A program made the position numbers and the translations under genes. Positions 18,704-27,628 of a stretch of DNA of 64,000 nt are shown piece by piece. The DNA lies in the NCBI GenBank assembly GCA_965222525.1, contig OZ244955.1, forward strand, positions 256,025 to 320,024, written 5' to 3'. This DNA is from Rickettsiales bacterium (GTDB lineage: Bacteria; Pseudomonadota; Alphaproteobacteria; Rickettsiales; UBA8987). Numbering within the stretch: position 1 is the first letter of the stretch; every line of letters starts with the position of its first letter. The notes under the pieces are model-generated. The model saw nothing but the letters and a program-made list of their open reading frames with translations. It did not search any database and had not been told where the DNA came from.

Positions 18704-19375
18704 ATGACTAAAATGGAAAAAACAAAAAAAATATCATTCCTGCATCCGGCGTCGCTTATCGGGACGTTTCTGTGTATCGGGAAAATCCCGTTTGCTCCCG
18801 GAACATGGGGTTCTGTCGGCGGAGTGGTATTTCTCGGGGCTATAGTATTTTACATACCGGCAATTATCAGCAGGCAGATGCCGGATGCTTCCCATACCGA
18901 AGTGTGGGAACTGGCGGAAACCATTATGCCATATACGATTTTTGCTGTGACTGTGTTGATTTATATTATCGGGGCGTGGGCAACTTCGGTTTATATGAAG
19001 CATACCGGCAAACATGACCCGAAGGAAATAGTTATTGATGAGGTTGCCGGGATTTTCGTGATGATGAGTGTGGCAATGCCGGTATATAAAATCCTGCTAT
19101 CCTATGACCATACTGCATTTAACGCTATTCTCGGTGCGTATAATATATATTTTTTCATTGCAGGGTTATTACTGTTTCGGTTGTTTGACATATGGAAACC
19201 CTGGCCTGTCGGCTGGATTGACCGTAATATGAAGGGCGCACACGGGGTTATGCTGGACGACGTAGCTGCGGGCGTTATGGCCGCTATAGCGTTTTATATA
19301 ATTGTTCTTGCACTGTATTTTTCCGGCGGTTTTTACCAGCTATTGTCAATTACCCATCCCGATTGGGTTGAGTAA
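18704..19375 (+). CDS. pgpA: Phosphatidylglycerophosphatase A
   Basis: GKIPFAPGTWGS, IVIDEVAG, FRLFDIWKPWPV and MLDDVAAG motifs. Confidence 0.85.
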   Translation: MTKMEKTKKISFLHPASLIGTFLCIGKIPFAPGTWGSVGGVVFLGAIVFYIPAIISRQMPDASHTEVWELAETIMPYTIFAVTVLIYIIGAWATSVYMKHTGKHDPKEIVIDEVAGIFVMMSVAMPVYKILLSYDHTAFNAILGAYNIYFFIAGLLLFRLFDIWKPWPVGWIDRNMKGAHGVMLDDVAAGVMAAIAFYIIVLALYFSGGFYQLLSITHPDWVE

Positions 19376-19376
19376 C

Positions 19377-19637
19377 CTATGCAGCCGCAGGGACTACAGA
19401 GACGTAAACTCTGCCCTTGGCTTTTCTGGTGAATTTTACATTGCCGGAGATTTTGGCAAACAGGGTGTGGTCCTTGCCGATTCCGACATTGTCGCCGTCC
19501 CGGTATTTGGTGCCACGCTGGCGCACGATAATATTGCCGGGAATCACATATTCCCCGCCGAATTTCTTTACACCCAGTCTGCGACCCGCCGAGTCACGCC
19601 CGTTCCTGGAGCTACCACCTGCTTTCTTATGTGCCAT
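19377..19637 (-). CDS. rpmA: 50S ribosomal protein L27
   Basis: [28 protein letters not shown]... Confidence 0.95.
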   Translation of the reverse strand: MAHKKAGGSSRNGRDSAGRRLGVKKFGGEYVIPGNIIVRQRGTKYRDGDNVGIGKDHTLFAKISGNVKFTRKAKGRVYVSVVPAAA

Positions 19638-19756
19638 AACTCAGTTCCTTTATTCTGTCTATCATCCTGCGGAAATTACGAAGTAATTTAGCGCAGGATC
19701 CAGTATTTATATTTTCTGGATTCTGCTCGCCTTGCATACGCAAGACAGCAGAATGA

Positions 19757-20314
19757 CTATTTCTTATCCTCTTTTTTACCAGTCTGACCCGTAGTCTTTG
19801 CTGTTTTTTTGGTCGCTGCTTCCTTCTTATCAGCAGTCTCCTTATTATCCTTTTTCGTTTTCGCAGCTGGTTTGTCCTCTGCCTTTTTGACTTCAGCTTT
19901 TTTCACGGCAGGTTTTTTAGCCTCCGCCTTCTTTTCCGTTTTGGCTTCTGCTTTCTTCTCCACCGGCTTTGCTGCATTTTTCGGAGCGGCCTTCGCTTTC
20001 AGCCCCTCACCTATATCCTGAATCCTGACTATGGAAACCTGCTGACGATGGCCTTTCTTCCGGCGATAATTATGACGACGCTTTTTCTTGAAAACGATGA
20101 TTTTATCATCTTTTTTCTGCTCGACAATCTCGGCAGATACCTTCATCCCCTTCACTACAGGCTCACCGACGGTTACTTTCTTACCATCACCAACCGCCAA
20201 TACCTCATCAAATACGACAGTCGCACCGGCATCACCGGCGATTTTCTCAAGCTTGACCGTATCGCCCCTGGCAACCTTATACTGCTTTCCGCCTGTTTTT
20301 ATTACTGCAAACAT
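19757..20314 (-). CDS. rplU: 50S ribosomal protein L21 with Lys/Ala-rich C-terminal extension
   Basis: [14 protein letters not shown]... L21 core of about 100 aa, then an about 80-aa KAEKK-type tail. Confidence 0.9.
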   Translation of the reverse strand: MFAVIKTGGKQYKVARGDTVKLEKIAGDAGATVVFDEVLAVGDGKKVTVGEPVVKGMKVSAEIVEQKKDDKIIVFKKKRRHNYRRKKGHRQQVSIVRIQDIGEGLKAKAAPKNAAKPVEKKAEAKTEKKAEAKKPAVKKAEVKKAEDKPAAKTKKDNKETADKKEAATKKTAKTTGQTGKKEDKK

Positions 20315-20425
20315 ATTTGTCTCATATAATAAGGAACTGGCTAATATATGTTTAACTGGCTTGCTGTCAACGGTTTTCTTGCCTTTTGATTGCTATTTTT
20401 CGGGATATGGGATAGAGGGAGCGGT

Positions 20426-21883
20426 ATGGAGAATCCGTTATACAGACCGGAAGACCTTGGTAAACCGATTCCTGATTCAAAACATGCTGTGTCCGTATGT
20501 TTGCCTAAATGGGCAGATGTGGTTGATTATGAGGAAGGCGAAGAGCGGGTTATAGAGGCGATGCAGGCCGGATATCCACGCTTCTTTTATCATCCGCTGG
20601 TAGAGGAGTTTTTTGCGGAATGCGAGAGGAAATTTGCCCGTGAGGGTGAGTTCTGCATAGCTTTTCCTTCTAAAAGGATAGCTGAGCAGTGCGTTAAATA
20701 TATTGCGCCATATGTTGATATAACAGGCAGAACAGAGCCTTATGGTGCGCAGGATGTTTATGTTTGCTGTTTGCCGGAAGCTGCCCGTGCTTGTGCCGGG
20801 GAATTCTGGCAACATACCGGGATGATTATAAATTCCCGTCAGGCGGAAGCTGTTCTGAGCGGCAATTTTCCGGCGGAAGATAACAGTAAAAATATTATAA
20901 AACAGCGCATTGCCGGGCTTTCGGGAGAAGATGAGGATAATATATACCTGTTTCCGTCGGGGATGGGTGCGATATTTACCGCCCATCAGGCGATAACCGA
21001 CATAAACCCGCAGCAAAAGACTATCCAGCTTGGCTTTCCATATGTTGATTCGCTGAAGGTGCAGGAGAAGTTTGGTGCGGGGGTGCATTTCCTCAAATAT
21101 AACGATGACAATGATTTAGCGGCAGTTGAAGAGATTATCCGCAATGAAAAAATAGCAGCGGTTTTTTGTGAATTTCCGGGCAATCCTTTGTTGCAGTCGA
21201 TTGCGCTGGATAAATTATCCGAAATCTTGCGTGTGCGGGAGGTTCCGCTGATTATAGATGATACTGTCGCAACCTGGTATAATGTTGATTTGCGGGAGTT
21301 TGCCGATATTACCACCACCAGCCTTACCAAATTTTTCGCCGGTAGCTGTGATGTTATCGCCGGTTCTCTGGTTATAAATTCCGCCTCTCCTTTATATGAT
21401 AAGCTAAAACCGGCAGTGGACAATATCTATGAGGATTTACTGTTTACCGGTGATGCGCAGGTGCTTGAGAAAAACTCCCGTGATTTTTCCGGGCGTATGG
21501 AAAAAATCAACGGAACCACGGAGGTTATATGCGATTATTTGCGTAACCACCCTGAAATAAAACAGGTTTACTATCCGAAATATATAACTCCTGATACATA
21601 TAACCGGCTGAAAAGGCCGGGTGCAGGTTATGGCGGGTTGTTTTCGGTTACCTTTAGCAGTGAGCAAAAAGCCATTGATTTTTATGATAATATCGAAATC
21701 TGCAAGGGGCCAAGCCTCGGAACCAACTTTACCCTGGCCTGCCCATATACCCTGCTTGCCCATTATCATGAACTGGATTTTGCTGCGAAATTCGGTATAG
21801 AGGCCAACCTGATACGAATTTCCATCGGCCTGGAAGACGCCGATGATTTGGTCAGCAAATTTGAAAAGGCTTTGATGCTATAA
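20426..21883 (+). CDS. Cys/Met-metabolism PLP-dependent enzyme (cystathionine gamma-synthase-like)
   Basis: I prefer the Met at 20426 (GAGGGA RBS). N-terminal HAVSVCLPKWADVVDYEEG...GYPRFFYHP. The PLP-lysine context is TTSLTKFFAG. Confidence 0.7.
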   Translation: MENPLYRPEDLGKPIPDSKHAVSVCLPKWADVVDYEEGEERVIEAMQAGYPRFFYHPLVEEFFAECERKFAREGEFCIAFPSKRIAEQCVKYIAPYVDITGRTEPYGAQDVYVCCLPEAARACAGEFWQHTGMIINSRQAEAVLSGNFPAEDNSKNIIKQRIAGLSGEDEDNIYLFPSGMGAIFTAHQAITDINPQQKTIQLGFPYVDSLKVQEKFGAGVHFLKYNDDNDLAAVEEIIRNEKIAAVFCEFPGNPLLQSIALDKLSEILRVREVPLIIDDTVATWYNVDLREFADITTTSLTKFFAGSCDVIAGSLVINSASPLYDKLKPAVDNIYEDLLFTGDAQVLEKNSRDFSGRMEKINGTTEVICDYLRNHPEIKQVYYPKYITPDTYNRLKRPGAGYGGLFSVTFSSEQKAIDFYDNIEICKGPSLGTNFTLACPYTLLAHYHELDFAAKFGIEANLIRISIGLEDADDLVSKFEKALML

Positions 21884-21903
21884 ATAATACCTTTCCACTC
21901 ATA

Positions 21904-22128
21904 TTACTCAAACAGCCTGTTCATCGGTACTTTCAATGCCTGCGCTATTACTGCAAGCATCTCTAGATTGACAAATTTTTTACCCATCTCGTAACAATCG
22001 AGAGTAGTGATACTCACCCCAGTCTGTTTAGCGAGATGTCGCATTGTCAGATTTTGCCCAACCCTTACTTCCCTGATATTATTACCAATTCTACGTCTGC
22101 ATGCACGTAACTCTTCCGTGTTTTTCAT
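21904..22128 (-). CDS. XRE-family helix-turn-helix transcriptional regulator
   Basis: MKNTEELRACRRRIGNNIREVRVGQNLTMRHLAKQTGVSITTLDCYEMGKK. GGGAG RBS before the Met at 22128. Confidence 0.7.
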   Translation of the reverse strand: MKNTEELRACRRRIGNNIREVRVGQNLTMRHLAKQTGVSITTLDCYEMGKKFVNLEMLAVIAQALKVPMNRLFE

Positions 22129-22442
22129 GATATGCTCCCTGTTGTTTGATTGACAAACGACAACCACAAACGATGTCGGGAGCTCACTACATGGCGAAAG
22201 TCATGCCCGCTTATTTCCAGACAAGCTGGTATTTTATTCACAGACTCCCGACCAGGAGCCCGATTTTACGGCAATCGGAAACCGCTTTCACCAAGGTGTA
22301 GTGAGCACCGAAGATGAAGCTAGTATGAAAGCAGATATATGTAAAGTTCTACCATAGCAAAAAGTGTATTTATCAACTTCGAGTAGTAAATTGACCTGTA
22401 CAATATATACTTTTAGTGTTGTATGACAAGAGCACCCTTCAG

Positions 22443-23141
22443 TCATCTCCCGCCGAATCGCCGCTCCCTGTTGTTAAACTCATCGACCGCCTTGCCCAAC
22501 TCGTTCTTGTCAAAATCAGGCCATAAGGTCTCGGTAAAATATAACTCGGTATAGGCCGACTGCCATAACAGAAAATTACTTATACGCTGTTCCCCACCGG
22601 TACGAATCAGCAAGTCGGGGTCGGGGATATCCCTCGTATACAGACAGGACGCAACCAGTTCCTCATTTACACCATCAACACTCACATTCCCCGCCTTGAC
22701 ATCTTCTGCAATTCTCCTCGCCGCATATGCGATTTCCTGACGCCCACCATAGCTTAGCGCCAGATTGAGATACCCCTCATCATTCGCTTCCGTTAACTTC
22801 TCAATATACGATATGCGCCCCAGAATATCATCACTAAACTTCTGTTTATCACCAACAATCCTTATCCTTATACCCTTGTCATGCAGCTTGTTAATCTCCT
22901 TGTCACTGCCCAGATAATGGCGCAGCAGGTTCATCAAATCCTCGACTTCATCCTGTGGCCTGCCCCAGTTCTCCGAAGAAAACGCATATAGAGTCAGGTA
23001 TTTTATCCCGAAATCCCTGCAGGCCTGTATGGTTTTTTTCGCCGCCTCCGCACCCTGCCTGTGTCCGGCAAGCAGCGGCATACGCCTTGCCTTTGCCCAG
23101 CGTCCGTTTCCATCCATTATAATTGCTACATGATTCAGCAT
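22443..23141 (-). CDS. uppS: Undecaprenyl diphosphate synthase
   Basis: HVAIIMDGNGRWA, TLYAFSSENW and RTGGEQRISNFLLWQ motifs. Confidence 0.95.
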   Translation of the reverse strand: MLNHVAIIMDGNGRWAKARRMPLLAGHRQGAEAAKKTIQACRDFGIKYLTLYAFSSENWGRPQDEVEDLMNLLRHYLGSDKEINKLHDKGIRIRIVGDKQKFSDDILGRISYIEKLTEANDEGYLNLALSYGGRQEIAYAARRIAEDVKAGNVSVDGVNEELVASCLYTRDIPDPDLLIRTGGEQRISNFLLWQSAYTELYFTETLWPDFDKNELGKAVDEFNNRERRFGGR

Positions 23142-23251
23142 TACATCCCTAAGATACCCTCTAAAATTATATGCAATAAATCTTCTTGTATACTTCTAAA
23201 ATTTTCTGCTATAAAGGTGCCGGTTGTGAAACTTTTTAATCGGAGGAACAA

Positions 23252-23773
23252 ATGTTGAACAGATTTTTTACTTTTCTACCGCTGATTCTGGTAACCGTGG
23301 CACTTTCCGCATGTAGCGGTAGCTCAGGCAAGGGCAAGCCTGGTGCAGGTGACGGAGCATCCGGTGCTTATGGCGATGCTGCTAATATCAAGGGCGGAAA
23401 TCTCGGCAATATAACACCAGGCACTCAGGAAGACCTGGTAGCCAATATCGGTGACCGTGTGTTTTTCTCATTCAACAGCTCGGCAATTACCGAAAACGGG
23501 CAGAAAACCCTGCGTCGTCAGGCTGACTGGCTGAAAAACAACCCGAATGTGACCGTGACTATCGAAGGCCATTGCGATGAGCGCGGTACCCGTGAATATA
23601 ACCTGGCACTTGGTGACCAGCGGGCTAATGCGGTGCGTAATTACCTTATCGGACTGGGAGTGGATAGCAGCCGGATTACCACTATAAGCTACGGTAAGGA
23701 ACATCCGGAATATCTCGGTTCAAACGAGGTTGCATGGAGTAAAAACCGTCGTGCAGTGACGGTTGCTAATTAG
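23252..23773 (+). CDS. pal: Peptidoglycan-associated lipoprotein Pal
   Basis: Lipobox LSAC. OmpA-like domain VTIEGHCDERGTREYNLALGDQRANAV. Confidence 0.9.
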   Translation: MLNRFFTFLPLILVTVALSACSGSSGKGKPGAGDGASGAYGDAANIKGGNLGNITPGTQEDLVANIGDRVFFSFNSSAITENGQKTLRRQADWLKNNPNVTVTIEGHCDERGTREYNLALGDQRANAVRNYLIGLGVDSSRITTISYGKEHPEYLGSNEVAWSKNRRAVTVAN

Positions 23774-23776
23774 GAG

Positions 23777-24916
23777 GTGGCTATGTTTAGAGGGGTGAAG
23801 TCGGCTACATTGCCTGTATTGTTGTGTGGTGTGTGTGCCGTAAGTGCGGCGCAGGCACAGGATTTCGAACAACAGCGGGTTGAAGACCGTATTATTAAGC
23901 TTGAAAAGCAGATTAACCTGCTGGAGCGGGCGTTTTTCAAGAAACAGGAATTATCGGGTAGTGCCGCCTCTGCGGATGGGGAGGACGGTGCTGTGGAGTC
24001 TCGTATATCCACGCTTGAAACTACAATGCGTGACTTAAGAGGCAAAATAGAAGAGCTTGAGCATGAGAATTTCCTGCTCAAGGCGAAGATTGCTAGGGCT
24101 CCCGGCAATGCGGGTAATATTACGCTCGGGGCAGCAAATGTCGGTAATTCTGAAACGGTTTCAAGTGAGATTGTAACAGTTTATGAAAATCCGGATGCAG
24201 CAGAATTACCTGAAAAGCAACGTCCGGTAAAAACTTCCGCAGTTGCAACTCCGGTTACGAAGCCTCCGGTTCCTGCTTCAATGAGCGGCAGGAAGAATGT
24301 ATTTCAGAAACCGGCTGAAATTGTTAAAAAAGGCAGTGGTATTGCGGCAGCGGCAGATAATAATGCGAAGTCTGGTGCGAAGCCAGGAGTACCGACCGAA
24401 AAGGCAACCGTCAGCGAAACTATCGTAACGGAATATTCCGATTACAGCGGTCCGATAAATCTGGGAAATGCGGAGCCGGCAGCTGGTAATACTGATAATG
24501 TAACGACGGCAGGTTCATCAAAGCCGGAAAGTGCCAAGGAACAATATGACTGGGCATTGTCGCTGATTACTGAAGCGAAATATAGCGATGCGGCGCTGGC
24601 ATTCCATCAGTTTGTCAATGACCACCCCAATACTGAAATGACCGGTAATGCCTATTACTGGCTGGCGGAAACCTACTATGTGCGTGGGGATTTCGAGCAG
24701 GCATCGGTATATTTTCTCGAAGGGTACAAGAAATTCCCTGAAAGCAGCAAGGCAGCGGATAATCTGCTGAAACTGGCTATATCACTTGGCAATACCGGCA
24801 AGAAAAAAGAGGCCTGTATTTCGTTTGACAAGCTGAGTAACGAGTTTCCATCTGCTTCCAGCGCAATAAAAAACCGCTCAAAAAAAGAGAGTGCAAGACT
24901 GGAGTGCAGTGGCTAG
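23777..24916 (+). CDS. cpoB: Tol-Pal associated cell-division coordinator CpoB (YbgF)
   Basis: Signal peptide, N-terminal coiled coil, and C-terminal TPR region (GNAYYWLAETYYVRGDFEQA...AADNLLKLAISLG). Directly downstream of pal. Confidence 0.8.
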   Translation: MAMFRGVKSATLPVLLCGVCAVSAAQAQDFEQQRVEDRIIKLEKQINLLERAFFKKQELSGSAASADGEDGAVESRISTLETTMRDLRGKIEELEHENFLLKAKIARAPGNAGNITLGAANVGNSETVSSEIVTVYENPDAAELPEKQRPVKTSAVATPVTKPPVPASMSGRKNVFQKPAEIVKKGSGIAAAADNNAKSGAKPGVPTEKATVSETIVTEYSDYSGPINLGNAEPAAGNTDNVTTAGSSKPESAKEQYDWALSLITEAKYSDAALAFHQFVNDHPNTEMTGNAYYWLAETYYVRGDFEQASVYFLEGYKKFPESSKAADNLLKLAISLGNTGKKKEACISFDKLSNEFPSASSAIKNRSKKESARLECSG

Positions 24917-26258
24917 CAATCCTCTAGACATCGCTGTGCAGTCTGTGGACAGGGCTATGGCAGCCGGAGCCGATGCAGCGGATGTGGTGGTATTCGGCAG
25001 TAATGATGTAAATGTGCGTGAGCGGCTGGGCAAGCCGGAAACTATAGAGCGCTCCGAGTCCAGGGATTTGGGGTTGCGTGTGTTTGTAAAAGGCAGGGAC
25101 GGACTGCAACAGGCGATAATTTCCTCCAATGATTTTTCCGAAAATTCGCTGACAGAAACCGTCAGCCGTGCGGTGGATATGGCGAAGGCTGCTCCTGCCG
25201 ACCCTTACAGCGGATTGGCACCATCGGAATTACTGGTAAAAAATACACCGGAGCTTGATATATGCGATGCGGATGAAGTGTCGGTTGAAACGCTGAAGCA
25301 ATGGGCGGCAGAGGCCGAGGAGGCTGCGCTTGCGGTTAAGGGCGTTACCAATTCCGAAGGCTCCGAGGCCAGCTATGGCAGGGATAGCGTAGCGCTGGCC
25401 ACCAGTAACGGTTTTGCCCACCAATATACCACCACCGGTTTTTCCATATCAGCCTCGGTTATTGCCGGTGAGGGAACGGCGATGGAAACCGATTACGACT
25501 ATGCGTTCAAGCGCCATATCGAGGATTTGAAAAAACCGGCAGATATAGGTAAAAGCGCGGGTGAGCGGGCGGTACGACGGCTTAATCCGCACAAGGCGGG
25601 AAGTTGCCAGGTGCCGGTAATTTATGAATCGCGGGTGGCCAAAAGCCTTCTGGGTTCCTTTGCCGGTGCGATTAACGGTGCGTCGATAGCGCGCGGAACC
25701 AGCTTCCTGAAAGACAAGATGAATCAGCAGGTTTTTGCGGATGACATCAATATAACAGACGATCCGCTGATGAAACGTGGTATTGCCTCCGAGCCGTTTG
25801 ATGGCGAGGGGGTAGCCGGCAAAAAGCGCAGCCTGATAGAAAACGGTACGCTTACTACATGGCTGCTTGATATACGTTCCGCCAACAAGCTTGGCCTGCA
25901 GACCACCGGCCATGCCTCGCGCAGCACATCATCCCCGCCCAGCCCCGGTTCCAGCAATCTATACATGGAAGCGGGCAGGCATTCAGTGACAGAACTGGTT
26001 GCCGATATTAAAAGCGGATTCTATATCACCGAAGCGTTCGGTATGGGGGTGAATGGCGTAACCGGTGACTACAGCCAGGGAGCCAGCGGGTTCTGGATAG
26101 AAAATGGCGAGATAACTTATCCGGTTAGCGAAGTGACCATAGCCGGCAACCTGACCGATATGTTCAAGAACCTCACCCCTGCCAATGATCTGGAGATGCT
26201 ATACGGCACCAACTCCCCTACCCTCCGCATAGAAGGCATGACCGTTGCAGGTGCCTGA
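24891..26258 (+). CDS. pmbA: PmbA/TldE-family metalloprotease component
   Basis: 455 aa. The TldD/PmbA family pattern runs from N- to C-terminus (GADAADVVV...LGLRVFVKG...GHASRS...SNLYMEAG...YPVSEVTIAGN). Confidence 0.8.
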   Translation: MQDWSAVASNPLDIAVQSVDRAMAAGADAADVVVFGSNDVNVRERLGKPETIERSESRDLGLRVFVKGRDGLQQAIISSNDFSENSLTETVSRAVDMAKAAPADPYSGLAPSELLVKNTPELDICDADEVSVETLKQWAAEAEEAALAVKGVTNSEGSEASYGRDSVALATSNGFAHQYTTTGFSISASVIAGEGTAMETDYDYAFKRHIEDLKKPADIGKSAGERAVRRLNPHKAGSCQVPVIYESRVAKSLLGSFAGAINGASIARGTSFLKDKMNQQVFADDINITDDPLMKRGIASEPFDGEGVAGKKRSLIENGTLTTWLLDIRSANKLGLQTTGHASRSTSSPPSPGSSNLYMEAGRHSVTELVADIKSGFYITEAFGMGVNGVTGDYSQGASGFWIENGEITYPVSEVTIAGNLTDMFKNLTPANDLEMLYGTNSPTLRIEGMTVAGA

Positions 26259-26568
26259 GAGGGTATCTAAATTCTACTAGCATGGCCTGCAAATAACTGT
26301 TTCCTGCGCTTCCGTTGCTCACGTACGAAAAAAGTACGCTGCGCTACAGTTCTCGGAAACAATTATTTTCGCCACATGCTAGCGAATTTATAGTCGTTCC
26401 AAATAATTTCCGTGTATTTTACAACCAGCTAGATTTGTATTAGAGCAAGTGAAATTTCGCAGCTCGTAGTTTACCCTACTTGCAAGAAATTTACACGCAG
26501 CTATAAGGCAAATTGAGCAGTTACAAAATACACGGAAATTATTTGGAACGACTATAGATACCCTCTCA
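26257..26568. repeat. Family D palindromic element interrupted by a nested IS630-type MITE
   Basis: The outer arms GAGAGGGTATC (26257-26267) and GATACCCTCTC (26557-26567) are reverse complements. The D core at 26269-26388 has AAATTC.CTAGCATG ends. It is related to copies at 42945-43086 and 41101-41137. Confidence 0.8.
26389..26556. mobile_element. IS630-derived MITE (168 bp) nested in family D element
   Basis: TIRs are TATAGTCGTTCCAAATAATTTCCGTGTATTTT ... AAAATACACGGAAATTATTTGGAACGACTATA. They are near-identical to the TIRs of the IS630 remnant at 57991-58684. The element is bounded by TA. Confidence 0.8.
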
Positions 26569-26574
26569 ATATTC

Positions 26575-27486
26575 TTATAATTTCCGCCGAACACCCAAAA
26601 TATGACACACGGCGCTTACCAGAAGCGGGCGGTTGAGGGTATAGAAATGGAAATGGTCAACCCCCTCCTCGCGCAGGATTCTGCACTGTTCCGCCGCTAT
26701 CATCGCTGATACTATATTACGCATTTTCGGGTTATTGTCAATTCCACCCAGCAGGTTATGCACCCATTCCGGCACTGTAGCCTGACATTTTTTACAAAAA
26801 TTCAGAAACATCGAAAAGTTCGATACCAGCGGGATACCCGGAATAATCGGCACATTAACCCCTGCCGCAGCAGCCTTGTCACGAAAATCCAGAAACAGCC
26901 CGGTATCAAAGAAAAGCTGGGTAATTGCGCGGTCAACACCAATATCCGTCTTCTGTTTGAGATATTCCAGGTCTTTCTCGGCACTTTCCGCCTCGGGATG
27001 CACCTCGGGAAAACAGGCCACGGAAATCTCAAAATCCGCTATATTTTTCAAACCTTTAACCAGATCAGCGCAATAAGCATAACCATCCGGATGCGGTATA
27101 TATTTTCCCGCCTGGCCAGCATCTTCGGGCGGGTCACCACGCAGTGCCACTATATGCTTTATACCGGAATCCCAGTATTCACGGGCAATATCGTCAATCT
27201 CCCCGCGGCTTGCCCCTACACATGTCAGATGCACCGCCGGAGTCAGCGAAGTTTCGTCCCTGATGCGCTTTACCGTATTATATGTACGCTCACGGGTACT
27301 CCCCCCCGCACCGTAAGTAACCGATACAAATTTCGGCTGTAACGCCTCCAGCTCCTTGATGGTATTCCATAAAACCTGCTCTGCCTCATCATCCTTCGGC
27401 GGAAAAAACTCAAAGGATACCTCCGGCGGTGGCAGCTCCAGAAACTCCTCAAACCGGGAGAGATGTTTGTTTAGTGTTTTGCTCAT
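26575..27486 (-). CDS. metF: 5,10-methylenetetrahydrofolate reductase
   Basis: VSFEFFPPK...FVSVTYGAGGSTRERT...HLTCV motifs. Confidence 0.9.
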   Translation of the reverse strand: MSKTLNKHLSRFEEFLELPPPEVSFEFFPPKDDEAEQVLWNTIKELEALQPKFVSVTYGAGGSTRERTYNTVKRIRDETSLTPAVHLTCVGASRGEIDDIAREYWDSGIKHIVALRGDPPEDAGQAGKYIPHPDGYAYCADLVKGLKNIADFEISVACFPEVHPEAESAEKDLEYLKQKTDIGVDRAITQLFFDTGLFLDFRDKAAAAGVNVPIIPGIPLVSNFSMFLNFCKKCQATVPEWVHNLLGGIDNNPKMRNIVSAMIAAEQCRILREEGVDHFHFYTLNRPLLVSAVCHILGVRRKL

Positions 27487-27628
27487 GGTAATAACTTAAG
27501 TTAACATAAAGTTAAGATCGTGACCTTTGCGCAACTCCATAATTGGCAAAACGCCTGTAAGGCAGGTTTTTTGTTTGTTTTTACCGTTTATATGGTATGC
27601 TTTAGCATAAAACAACTATGAAACTGCC

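Noticed and set aside
27487-27628. SAM-II-type riboswitch or terminator in the metF 5' region (hairpin CCTG-TAAGG-CAGG followed by a T-run on the plus strand; UUGC..AAAGG on the minus strand)
   Set aside because: The stem is only 4-5 bp, and the SAM-II signature (GGCUU ... UUGC ... AAAGCU pseudoknot) is not reproduced. This is insufficient evidence without a covariance-model scan.
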